A stretch of DNA of 51,635 nt from Seison nebaliae. Lineage: Eukaryota. The translations under genes were made by a program, and so were the position numbers. Shown here piece by piece: positions 13,452-25,800 of this stretch. The stretch covers positions 1 to 51,635 of the forward strand of contig JALJEE010001981.1 in NCBI GenBank assembly GCA_023231475.1. The letters run 5' to 3'. The stretch's first letter is position 1. Each line of letters opens with the position of its first letter. The notes under the pieces are model-generated. The model was not told the DNA's origin. It made no database searches and saw only the letters and a list, made by a program, of their open reading frames with translations.

Positions 13452-14900
13452 AGACGCGTTCACATCTCAACATCTGATTGGATGGTCTCAAATAAACAAA
13501 ACTTCAGATTGAGTTCGATATGCCGAAATTGAGATGATTCTATCTAGAAACGAGAGACGAACGTCCAAAAAAAACTAAAAATCTTTTCACTTCACAAATC
13601 CTCTTCTTAACATTATTCTTTTTGTCGTTGTTGTTACTATTGTTGTCACACAACGTTAAAAATTTCTGAGTATTTTTCAATCGTTCTTTAAAAGAAAAAA
13701 TTGTTGTTCCGTTATATGATTCCTTCTTCGATTACGAACTTCCAGAAGCGATAGCGCTCCAATCTCTGTCTCTCAGTATCTTCTTTCGGTCTCCTTTCCA
13801 AATCAATTAGATGATTGGGAACAGTTGTTACCTTCTCATCCGATGAACGTCCGAGGAGAAGAAAGATGAAAAATAATTGATAATGAAAACTGATGATGAC
13901 GATACTGATATATTATCCCGATGATGACGATCCTAAATTTATTTTTCTTTCTAATTTATTTATTTCAATCAATTCCCTTCTTTTACTTCCATTACACGGG
14001 GACCGGTGTGTTTGTGTGTGTGTGTTTGTGTGTATATGTGTTGTATATGAAATTGAATTTAATCAACCATCTTTCTATAATGAGGAGAATAATAATAATA
14101 TTTCAATCTGCAGAAAAGGCAATCTTCTTTTGTTCCTTACAGATCTACTACTATCTCCAATTTATCTTCACTAATCGCCCAATTAAAGAGTTATTTTGAT
14201 GTTATCATCATCAGAATCATTTATTGTTCTTCATCGTCTTCCACTATGAGGTTGATCTTCGTCATATCGTTCAATTTCATCGAGTGGCGGAGGAAGAAAT
14301 GGAGGAGAGTTAATCACAAATCTTTATCATTTTTTAATAGGAATATGCACAGATCAACGTGCAGAGAAAAGTTCGTTTTTTTTCTTTAGATTTTTTTTGA
14401 AAGAATTCCAACTTCTGATAATGATCTCTTCCAATCCATCCACAGTGACTGTATGATCCATGTGAGGAAGAATTTGAAAGTAGTTAGCGAACGACGTCGA
14501 TGTATTTTAAAGGGAGAAAATTCCAATATAAATCTATCTGTCATTCCATCTATAAAACAATCATAAAGTGCATCGAATGATGTTAATGATAAATTGTCTT
14601 ATTGAGAGATTTCATGTATTTTCCAAAATAAACTATAAAATAATAATCGACTATCATTATTCCATCTCATTCGATGAGCAATGAAGCAGCAAATGATAAA
14701 TGATGAAGCAACACTACCGTTTATTAAGACGATCATCATTTCTCCTGATTAATGTTGTTGTTAGCGTTGTTACTCTGACTTAATGATTCACTTCCATTTA
14801 CTTTTTTTATTCGATTCCTATCTAAACATATCACCATCATCATATAGTAATGATAATGACGATATCCGATTTATCAATCTGTTTTGCTCAATTCCATCCA

Positions 14901-14963
14901 ATTCTATTCGATTCTATTTGATTCTATTCGATTATATTTGATTCTATTCGATTTCATTCGATT
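14901..14963. repeat. Short minisatellite, ~6 copies of a 10-bp unit ATTCTATTCG, ~740 bp upstream of MyoD
   Basis: attctattcg attctatttg attctattcg attatatttg attctattcg atttcattcg seen directly. Confidence 0.85.
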
Positions 14964-15699
14964 GTACTTTTTGTCTTTTAGAAATTAAAAAAGTTTTGAC
15001 GAACAACAGTTTTTTAAGAAAATGAAAGTTAAAATCATGTTGAAGGAGTATTAAAAGAGAATAAGTGAAATTGAATTGTTTTCCTTTAATTTAACGCGTT
15101 TTCACAATTCCCTGATCGTCATCATTTCCCTTCCGTCTTTTCTTTATTTATTTGTGTAGCGCATGAGAGAGAAGAGAAGATTGAAGAGATTTCCGCTCCA
15201 TTCCCATGTACGTTGGGAAGGGGAGAGATGTTGAGAATAACTGAACTAAATTGATCCCCTAACCACTCCGTATTTGAGTGTATCTATTACCAGATATATC
15301 GTTTGATGAGTCGATTACCTATTCAGTTTATCTTTCTCTATCATCCAACATCATCAGATTTATTCATCAAACGATTCGTTATAGTTCAGCCGTGAAAGTG
15401 ACTTTTCTGTTTTCTTTTCCGACTCACCTCATCATCGGAGATTCATAAAACAAATAAGCACAAAAAATTAGTGAAACTATTTCCATTTGATCAGATAACA
15501 CTTCATTTCTACACAATTCATATGACTTCCAGAAGTTTGTAGTTAGTTCCCGTCATACTCCCTCGACTTCTTCGTATCGTCCGTTAAATCGTCTGTTGGA
15601 AATTCGTCAACTTCATTCAAATTTTATTGCCATAATTTCTTTATATTCTCAAATTAGAATATTCATCTGGAACTTGATTTATAAATCGGTTCTAATCTA

Positions 15700-17114
15700 A
15701 TGGATTTGCAAACTTATCAAAAAATTTATTCGAGTGGAATGTACTCATATGGACAACCTTCACTCTATTCAAATATTTATTTCAATGATAACAACGCTGA
15801 TGCTTTTGCATCAGTCACTGCGGCAGCTGCTTCAATTGATATGACATCTTCTATGAATCAAGTCATTTATGATAATCTCATTCACCAAACTCCACCAACC
15901 TTATTCCTTCAACAACAACAACAACAACAACAACATGAACGTAATTCACCATCACAAAATTTGCAACCAGAAAAGAATAATGGAATCACAACTCCAATAA
16001 CAATTGGAGGAATGAAAATGAAAGAGTCGAATAATTTCCAATCGTCTCTATCTTATGAAACGATGACTACGATAACAACTGTAACAACATCTCGAACGAC
16101 CACCACAATGTCTAGTATGTCAATGAATAACGAGAATAAATTGAACAATTACAACGATGATTATAACGATGATATTGATGAGGATGATGATATGCTCAAT
16201 CTCAATTCGTCGAAAGATACGAGCGATTCTGAAAAAGAAATGGAATATCAGACTAATTCGGAACCATCATCTCTTGAAAATAAACAGATATCGGTATCGA
16301 GTCCTTCAGATTCGAAATTAAATCCGATGAAAATTGCGCCACATCCTCCTCGAGGCAAGTGTTTGATTTGGGCTTGTCGTGTCTGTAACAAGCGAGGGAA
16401 ACCGTCGACACAGGATAGGAGGAAAGCCGCGACGATGAGAGAACGTCGAAGATTACGTAAAGTGAATGAAGCGTTCGAATTGTTAAAGATTCGCACATGT
16501 CCAAATCCCAATCAACGATTGCCTAAAGTGGAGATCTTGAAGAATTCCATCGATTACATCGACAATTTGGAGAATATCATCAAATCATCCGGATTGAATG
16601 TTCTCGTTAATTTGAGGTCGAATTTATCGAAGTCATTAAACAATTCCATTAACACAACACCATCATCAGTGAAACCATCGAGTTTACCGGTAAAGACAGA
16701 CGAAGCGATTGGGAAACATGATCCATTCAATTATCTCCAATATCCAATTTCCAATTTTCCCAACGTCTCCTCCAATGTCGAGTATGAGATGGTGCAATTT
16801 TTAAATAAAGTTTCTTCCTTAAAATCTCTAACGATTTCATTCTCATACGATTACTCAATTTGATAGAACAAACTGTATTTCTACAACGATATGTATTCCA
16901 ATAATCTTACGAATAAAATGAATACGTCATCCTCCTCTTCCTCATCATCTGGTTAGTTTGTTGTAATTAAGTGTCGTAGAATAATCCATTATCTCTCGAT
17001 GAAGTAGTTGGTGAAGGACAGGATCGAACGCAAATCAGCAACAATTGCAGTACACTAAACAGTTTGTCACATATAGTCGACAGTTTGAAGCCGGAAGAAA
17101 ATGAACTGAAATGA
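15700..17114 (+). CDS. MyoD: Myogenic regulatory factor (MyoD/nautilus/HLH-1 family bHLH), 3 exons, ~427 aa
   Basis: Cys/His region CLIWACRVC, basic region [14 protein letters not shown] with the myogenic Ala-Thr code, and [27 protein letters not shown]. Exons 15700-16791, 16867-16951 and 17008-17114; exon 3 encodes the helix-III motif [13 protein letters not shown] (cf. SSLDCLSSIVERI). Confidence 0.97.
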
Positions 17115-19661
17115 TTCAATTCGTTTGAATGTTAATCGATAAATTTGTTCCATATACATGTGTTGATGAATGAGAGAAACTTAATACTAATTTGTTAAGT
17201 ATTATGTTTGTTGGAATGATATCTTATTTATTTATCTTCATTTCTACCATTACTCTCGACTCATTACTCCCCACCATTTCACTTCCACAACGAGCGAGAA
17301 GAATTCGAATAAAAAACGAGGAAAACAATCTCTTCTCTGATCATTTCGTTCATTCTTATAAAATCTTAACATGATAAACATTTGGGATGCACAACTCATC
17401 CACCATTCATTTTCTCACTGCTCTCTTGCTAATTACTTCAATATCATCCCTCCAATTTTCAGTTTTTCCGACTGCGATTGGAAAGTGTTAAAATCGTTCT
17501 GTCTCTGATATGTGTCGATTGATGAAATTGTATGTAATCGTCCTTCTTCCTAATTCATCATCTTTTTTTTCTCACCCCATATTTGATGTCATTCGATTAT
17601 GAGGAAAAGTGGAAATTCATTTGGAAGATTTCCGAGATGAATGTCGACCATTAATTAACTATCATTTAATGATGTTTCTATTGGATTATTCACATGTACT
17701 TCTATGTGGTTGAGGTCAAATGATCTCTTCATATGTAACACTAATTGAAAGTTGACGATTGATAGAGGAAGAGGCAATTCTTTGTTTGAAGATTGCACGA
17801 AATGATTTTTTCATTTGGTGTCCTTTTTGCTCGTGCACCGTTCGAATTTCGAATGAAAAGAAAATCATCTTTTCTCCTGTCGATGTGAGTGCGCGAGTGG
17901 AGAAGTATTTATTTTGAGCTTCTTGAACAACACTTATGTGATAGTTACATCATTTTAGTTTTTAATGAATCGAAATTGAATAACCAGTTGGTCCACTCAT
18001 ATAATGATGAGTGTTGAGAAAAGAACGATAATGTGCAAATAAATAATTGTTCAAAGAATTTATTCTTGTCAGATAAGAGGATGATCGTAAATTTGTCGTG
18101 AGGAAAACATGAGGGATAGAATGGAAGAGTAATAGAGGAATAATGGTAAACAAGCACAACGCAGACGACTAAACGAAGAAGAAAAAAATATGAAGCCGGA
18201 ATAACGATTCTTTCTTGAACGAGGATGTCGAACAGTTTTCTTTCTCGTCATCATTCTTGTTGGATGCGCAATATTTCCTATCCCGCACCAGCCATAATTA
18301 AGAGTGATCAATAGGGAACATTTGTTCATCAATAATCATTCTTTTCCTCTTTCCATTATCTCCAATCTTCACAATTTCATTAACGGATAATGAAGATATC
18401 TCTCCCATTTAAAATAGATACCATCCGCTATCTTCCAATCCTGTCCAACTCTCCTCCCAATAAATTTCATTTACTCACATCCTTCCTGTCCTAACTCTCC
18501 CGTCCCATTCCATATCTCATCTCTCCTCTTTACTCTTCTCGTTCACTCGAATAATGTGCGATGTAGCCAAGCGGTAGCTGTACACCGCAAACATCCATAT
18601 ATTGGTCGTTCTGTCTCCATGATCTACATGACTCTATCTTCCATTCCATCCCTAGATAATGGACGACATATACGTATAATTATACGGTAATGATTATGAC
18701 TGCTGATTATAAAGTTATTATGAAAAGATTATGTATGATAATCCATCGAATAACAAGATGAATTTCAATGTACGATAACGACGAACAGGATGATAACGAT
18801 GATCATAATGATGATATGGTAACTGCGTGATAATTGTATGCAAAACGTATTTTCTTTCCTTTTCAAAGTTATTGACTGGGAAGATTGATGCATGTCTTTT
18901 CAATTTAACTAGATCCTCGTACAAACTTCCCAATCGTTTTCTGATATCGTACCTGATAAGATAGGTAAGATTTAGGTGAAAAATAACTCAATTGATTTTT
19001 CACTTATATCCTTCCCATAAACAATGGGACGAGTGAAGGAATGTGTAGTAGATGAATGGTGTTATTGCTAGAAAATGTTTCTTGACAAAATGACGGAAGG
19101 AAAATTTGTTGTTGATGTGATCTTCGAAGTCGTCCTTCGAATATCCATGAAATAAATTGGGAGGAGAACTGATTGAAATGTTAAAATTATGAACAATTGT
19201 TATCACAAGTTATGTTTGATGCCATGTGATAGAAATGGAGATGTGCTGGAAGGACGGAAGGATGGTTTGAAGGATGAATGAGAAGAAGGAAGGAAACATG
19301 GACTCCATTAGAGAAGAGTCGAATGTTCAGTGCGATCGGGAAGACTGATTAGAGATAAATAAGAGATTTTCCATTGAAATATTCGGATGACATAGACAAT
19401 GCGAGATTTTAATGAAGTTTGTCAATGTTTCCAATTATGTACATATCAACGTCATTATTATTTGATTCAGGAGAATATGTCTGTTTACTGATGATAAAAG
19501 ACACAATTAGATGGTGCCTTTTTCCATAAAATAATTTCGTCTTCTTTTAAATATATTTCATCCGTTCTCATTCACACTCATCTCCCGCTCTCTTCTCCTA
19601 CGTCACAGTATCTTCTACTTTTCTTTTACACATCGCAACAGAATTATCTGATGAAGAAAAA

Positions 19662-19823
19662 ATGACTCAGATTTCAATTATCATTCTTCCAATGTGCGAT
19701 TTCTTCGAATTATCTCATAATATCTCCTCCGAACAATTCACTTACAATAATAATAATGATGATGATTGTGTGGATGATGTTGTTGCCTTAATTTCTGACT
19801 CGAAACGACGAATTATGAAATGA
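19662..19823 (+). other. 53-codon upstream ORF whose TGA overlaps the rapsyn ATG(s) (AAATGATG)
   Basis: MTQISIIILPMCDFFELSHNISSEQFTYNNNNDDDCVDDVVALISDSKRRIMK* read by hand. The frame is also open back to a pyrimidine-tract CAG acceptor at 19639-19641. Confidence 0.45.
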
Positions 19824-22800
19824 TGAATCATGATCAACAAACATTGAAATGTAATTCCATCCATAATGACCAGAACATTCGAGCCATAGTTATTGGCATC
19901 CCATTCCTCCAACGCATTCCACTCACTGCCACTAATCCTTCGACATTCTCCTTTTATCGCAATCTCACTCAATCCATTCCCCATTCCACATTCAATAGCA
20001 ACAATGTTTTACATGTGACTGAAGTGGATCATAAATATCGATTGAAAGTTATCGATACCATCGAAAAGATGTTCTGTTCCTTTGAGTTGAATCAGATTCC
20101 TCATTTCTCACCAATAACTGATGAGAGTATATGGAAATCCAACGACTCCATGAAATATATGACGACATTCCTCCAAAATTACTTTTCGTTAAATGCTCCG
20201 TATAAACTGTATGGAATTCAAATGAAAATTTCCGTTTTAAACGTCGCTATCTTCGCTTGTCTTGATATCGGATTAGCTGATCGTGCCAATGTCTTCCTCC
20301 TTACTCAGAATCGACTAATGAAAATTTTGATGGAACATATGGAAATGGGCAACTGGCTAAATCATTGTAATAAACAAAGTGACAAACGGAAGAGAATTGC
20401 AGAGAAATTATCGACGGTGATCAAGTCGAAACGATCACATAACGATTTCATTTCGAACGATTTATTGCTCGGTCGAATTAAGAATTGTTTAGTGTCGGCG
20501 ATGGTATTGATAAATAGCGGAAGAATTAATACGTCTTTGGGAGATTTCGAATCATCTCAGAAGTCGATAGGAATTTGTATAAAGAGATTAATGTCGTTGT
20601 TGCATTTGTGGGAGGATAAAGATCATCATATGCATATCAACCACAAAACGATAGAGAGAGTCTCGTTAAACATCCGTTGTTTACTCGGAATTGCTTATTT
20701 GACTGAAGCACAAACTTTATTATTAATCGGTCAATTTAGCGAATGTCTAGAAATGTATGAGAATTGCATGAACATCTGTCAATCTTACATCATCGAGAAG
20801 AAGAAGAAGGAGAGACGGAAAAATAAGAGAATTAAAGTGATCGATCCTAATGAAATGTTTGAGAAGATATTAATTATTAATCTCTGTATTCATTTGTTCG
20901 CTAATTTGAGCGACTTCTTCTACAGTCTGAGAGATTTCTGCAAATGTAAATTCTTTCTGGAGAAGGCGTATCGATGCCATATGAGAAAGGAGCGACTAAT
21001 TCATTCGAAATCTTCTATGTTAGTCTCTTCGTCTCAGGAACATCTAATCAACGATGAATTGGTCGGCAGTGTAATTACTGGTGGTAGAATAGAGAGTAGA
21101 ACATTAACAGGAAATAAAGCGTTGAAGAAAGAAATGGTGAAGAATGCTCATCAATTTCAACAGAAGAATGTTGAATTACCGAACTCGATCAAAGGAAATA
21201 GATTAGGAAGGGAAATAAATCGACCTCGTTCAACTAAGAATTCCTACAACAACAACAACAATAGCAACAACAACAACAACAACAACAATAACAACAACTA
21301 TAATAACTTGACATCAAGTGGTGCATTAAAGAATCAAAAGAAAATCGACGAGAGTCTAATAGAATCAATTGCGCATTGGAATTATGTTCAATTCATGATT
21401 CTACGTTGTGCCGATCATCCTAATCTACAATATCGTCATTTGTTGTATAAGATGGCAAAAGTGTATACAAGACTCGGTTTCATGAAAATAGCAATCGAAC
21501 GTATACAGGTTAATTTGCGTAGATAATTCGATCTGTTCATTTGTGATGATATAATGTTTCCATTGCTCCTTCTCCTTTCAAGGAGTCAATTATGCAATCG
21601 ATGAGACATTCCGATAAAACGATGCAGGCATTATGCATATCAGAAATAGCAGCGCTATGTCTTCTACGACATCTACCAGAGGTTGGACCTTTAATTTTCT
21701 ACATAGCGAAGAGGTCGGAGTTTCTATTATTCAATTATTGCAGCAAGCGCTCGAACGATACAATGTTGCTCTGACACACCAAATTGCGTCGAAGGATCAC
21801 ATTGCACAAATTGAAAGTTTACTCGGCATCGCCCTCTCAGTACTAGCGATAGGAAACCAAAGGAAAAGTTTGGGAAAAACGACAAATTGTGTCATTTCCA
21901 GGAAGGAGGCACCTCAATTTCAATTGAACAACGAAATTACTGGTGAGGAATCATCGATGAAAAATCGTTTATTCTCATTAAAAGAGAGATCGAATCAGTT
22001 GATTTCAAACGACTTCCACTTGCCTCCAGCTAACCAAATCACAACATTATCCTCCTCGTTCTCCTCATCACCATCATCACTCGCATCATCACCGACGACA
22101 ACGATAAGTAAAGTTTGTAATTTGTTCCGGAATTCGTCCTAAGCATTCCTTATTGACAGGCACTTGACATCGTTAATAGAGCAATCAGACTCGCAAAATT
22201 AATTCACCATCCGGTTAGTTATCCTACTTCTTAGCGACTTCACACACTCATCCATTGTATGACACGAAAGAAGTGAATATGCTATTCATTAACGAACAAC
22301 ACACTAATCTCCCGAGCGGTTCTATCTTTTCCTTTTCCGCCACACAAATGTCCAAGCGGTAACTCGATTCCTATCTCGTCGTAGCTCTTTCGTCCCTTTT
22401 TCCGTCTAGGTTAGTTTCAATAGGAGAAATGAAGACATAAATCCTGCAATTTCAATTGAAGGGAAATTTGTCAATATATTCATCATCTGAATGAAATAGC
22501 GGAGATAAAGTTTCTATCATTTCTCATCATAGTTCACTCTCCTGCATCCAGATAAATATATATAAATGAACATATAGAAATATATATATAAATGAGAAAT
22601 GATGAAAGATGTGAATAAATATTTCGTTTATCACATATCTCCTTCTAAGGACATGATAGGGCATTATGCACTCAATGGATAATGTTAACATTTCTTTCTA
22701 CACCCACCTATTACCACTTACGTCCGTCATAATTGTATAAATTCTCATTCTCCCGAAATTCTGGAGTATTCGACTGAGATTTCATGTTTCTCCAATCAGA

Positions 22801-25800
22801 CATGCATTTCTTCCACTACAGATGGACTCGTTCGATCGAAAAATAATTTACCAGTTGAATAAGAGATGATATATCAGTACATAAAGTTGGCGGAACGATA
22901 CTTGTTTAATTCGTTGCCGGATTCATTAGCAGGTAAATAAAGAGTGGAAGGATTGGAGTGAAAGGAAACATGTGTGAAATAAATAAGAAAAATGAGAAAT
23001 GGAGCGGGATATATGTGAATGTGTGAGAAACAAATTTTTATTTTCTGGTTTAATTGTTGCACTTTCCCAAATGACAGGTTTAGAGTATGGTTCGAAGACT
23101 ATCATTATTGGGAACGACGATGAAGAATGAGGTAATTGAATATTTATAAAAAAAATTGAGAAAGGAGAAAAGAATTTTTAGTGGGAAGATGATAATGGAA
23201 GAGCGAACGAATTAGATAGGAGTAGTATATTGAGAATTGTTAGAATCTTTATTCTAATCTGAAAAGATTAACATTGACGATAAGGTTGTGCTGAGATTAT
23301 GAAGGGAATTATAATTCCATTTCTGTCTGAGGATATAATTAGAGTAGATCGAATAAAAATTATTTATGAGGAGGGACAATTGGGCAGAAGAGAAAGGAAG
23401 TGAGTTGCGCTTCCGGAAATTTTATTTTAATTGATATTAATTTTACCTGAGAATGTTCTTCTCCTGAGAGAGAACTAATCGAATTGATGATAGGTATATT
23501 ATGTTGGAGCTGGTCATAAAAAGGTCTTTGGGAACAATGTCTCCTTTTGGAATTATGAGTTGGTGTAAAGTTAACAATAAGGCAATTGAGAGTCGAGGAG
23601 AGATGGAAGAAATAGAAAAGAAAAGTAATTTAGATAATCAATTTAGGTCGTGTGCATGTGAGAAGAGAGTTTGGTACATAATCTTGTTCATTTTATTTAG
23701 TTGAGAGAGTAAGTGCTTATCAATTTCCTTCAGTAGATGAATTATTTTATTATTCCTCAGAAATTTCTTTTTGTTGATTTCTCGAAATTTTTTCATAACA
23801 GATTCTTGAATTAAAAGGTCGAGAATGCCTGAGAGACATACAAATCTTGTATGATACCAGAAGCAAGGAGAATTTGTTAGATAATCATCAGGACTCCCAA
23901 CAAAAACAACACAAACAGCGACTACTTCAACAGCAGGCACTAATTGATAACATTAATGAAAAATACGACCTTATTTGTTCGTTTTGTGATAAGAGCATTC
24001 CATCGATACCTCCACCGCTAGCGGCTACTCCCGTCCTTCTTTCAGTTTATCCATCATCATCTTCTGTATCGGGAAACGATTGTCCTCTTTCCATTTCTAA
24101 CACATTTTCAACGACCATCATCTCACCACTCACCACTCTCGGCGAACAACGAGATAATCGAAGAAAATTCAATCTACTAACGACAACAACACAAACAACA
24201 ACATCAATAATCGCAACAACAGTATCAGTAACAGCTCCAACAGTATCTACGTTAACATCGTCATCAGCATCATCATCATCATCATCATCATCATCATATT
24301 CAACGATTAATTATGATAAGGTAATAAGTGAATATAACAATATTAATGAACATTTGAGAGAAGAGACTACTACGACGCCTGAAATATTATTAAAACATCA
24401 TAAATTTCTTAATGAATATCAACAATTACATAGTGTGGAAGCATTGTCTTGTGCACATTTCTTTCATAGTCGGTAAGTATTGATTTTTTCAATTTTCTTC
24501 TATTCGTACTGTATCCTTCTTTCTTTTTCATCTGTCGTGATTGAGAGGTAGAAATTATTTGATATTTACCTTGTTTGTTACCTTTCCGCTCCTTTGCCTA
24601 CCTCTTTACATCTAATTTCCAATCAACTCCTTATACATCGAACTCAAGCCTCATATCTTAATTCACAATTCTTATCAATATAATGCGTGTTTTCTCCACG
24701 ACACATTTTCTCGTCTTTGATTCTTGTCGAACAGTAATGCTAAACGAAAGTTGATTATGCCTTCCTCCTAACAAGCGATTTAGTTGTCATATGAAATTTT
24801 ATTTTCTGAAAGAATTTGCTGTGTTAAGTTCCATGAAATATAATACAGATCTAATGTTCTCCTAATTCCATTTCTCTTCTTTCCCCACTCTCTTTTTCTT
24901 TGCTCATATTCGATTTTACAGATGTCTAGCAAGGGAAGGCGAGAGAGACAACCAAATTAAATGTCCGAAGTGTGCCACCATCAAGAATTCTCAGAAGAAC
25001 AAGAGGAAACATTTCTTAAATAGAAATATTAAACCATTATTCATTCCGTTCCCTGCTCCTGATCATGCCCCAATGTTTCTCTTAAAGAAATACGGTAATC
25101 ACAAGAACAATCGAAAGGAAATTATGGCTAAGCATAGTCAGAATCACCAAAATCAGAATGATGTGCGACAACAACAAATGAATAAGAACAAGAGAAAAGA
25201 CTCGAAGAAAGTTTCGGGTAAATCCTTGGGCAAAATGCCATTGCCTGGAGAAAAATGTTCATCGACAATTAAGTTGACGGAAACTAAATTACTCACATCG
25301 ACTGCTTCAACATCATCCTCATCTCCACCATCTCCCTCATCCTTCGCCCAAGCAAATAAGTTCCAGCAATTGCAAGTTATCACCTCGAAGAACAAGACTA
25401 ATCTAACGCCAACTCGATCCAACGATCAGCGATCATCTGTAGCCCTCCCCAAGAAAGTGACTTATGCCAAGAAGGCATTAGTGAAAACGTTGAGAAATTC
25501 ACCACCTCTACCTGTCTCCGTCAAACGAAAGATCGACCCAAGAAACTTCATGGAATTGAATGGTGCTTGTGGTTCCGGTTCAACCGATACATCATCTCTC
25601 TCTTTTTTCCTCTCAAAATCCAACAATGAATCATGTTCCTCATTCTTCGGGAGTGATTCGGAAACGTCCTACTCTTCTCTCTCAACCTCATTGACCTCCA
25701 TGTCTTCGTTATGTAACGAATTTGATCGTTCATTCCATTTACACAGACGGAATTATGCGGTGCCACAACCGGTTAAATGTTTGTCTAATCCAAGTCTGAT

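Noticed and set aside
17115..19819. E-boxes between MyoD and rapsyn (CACATG 17691, CAAATG 17717, CATATG 17730, CAGTTG 17985)
   Set aside because: AT-core CANNTG is expected by chance here, and I did not spot the MRF-preferred CAGCTG/CAGGTG cores.
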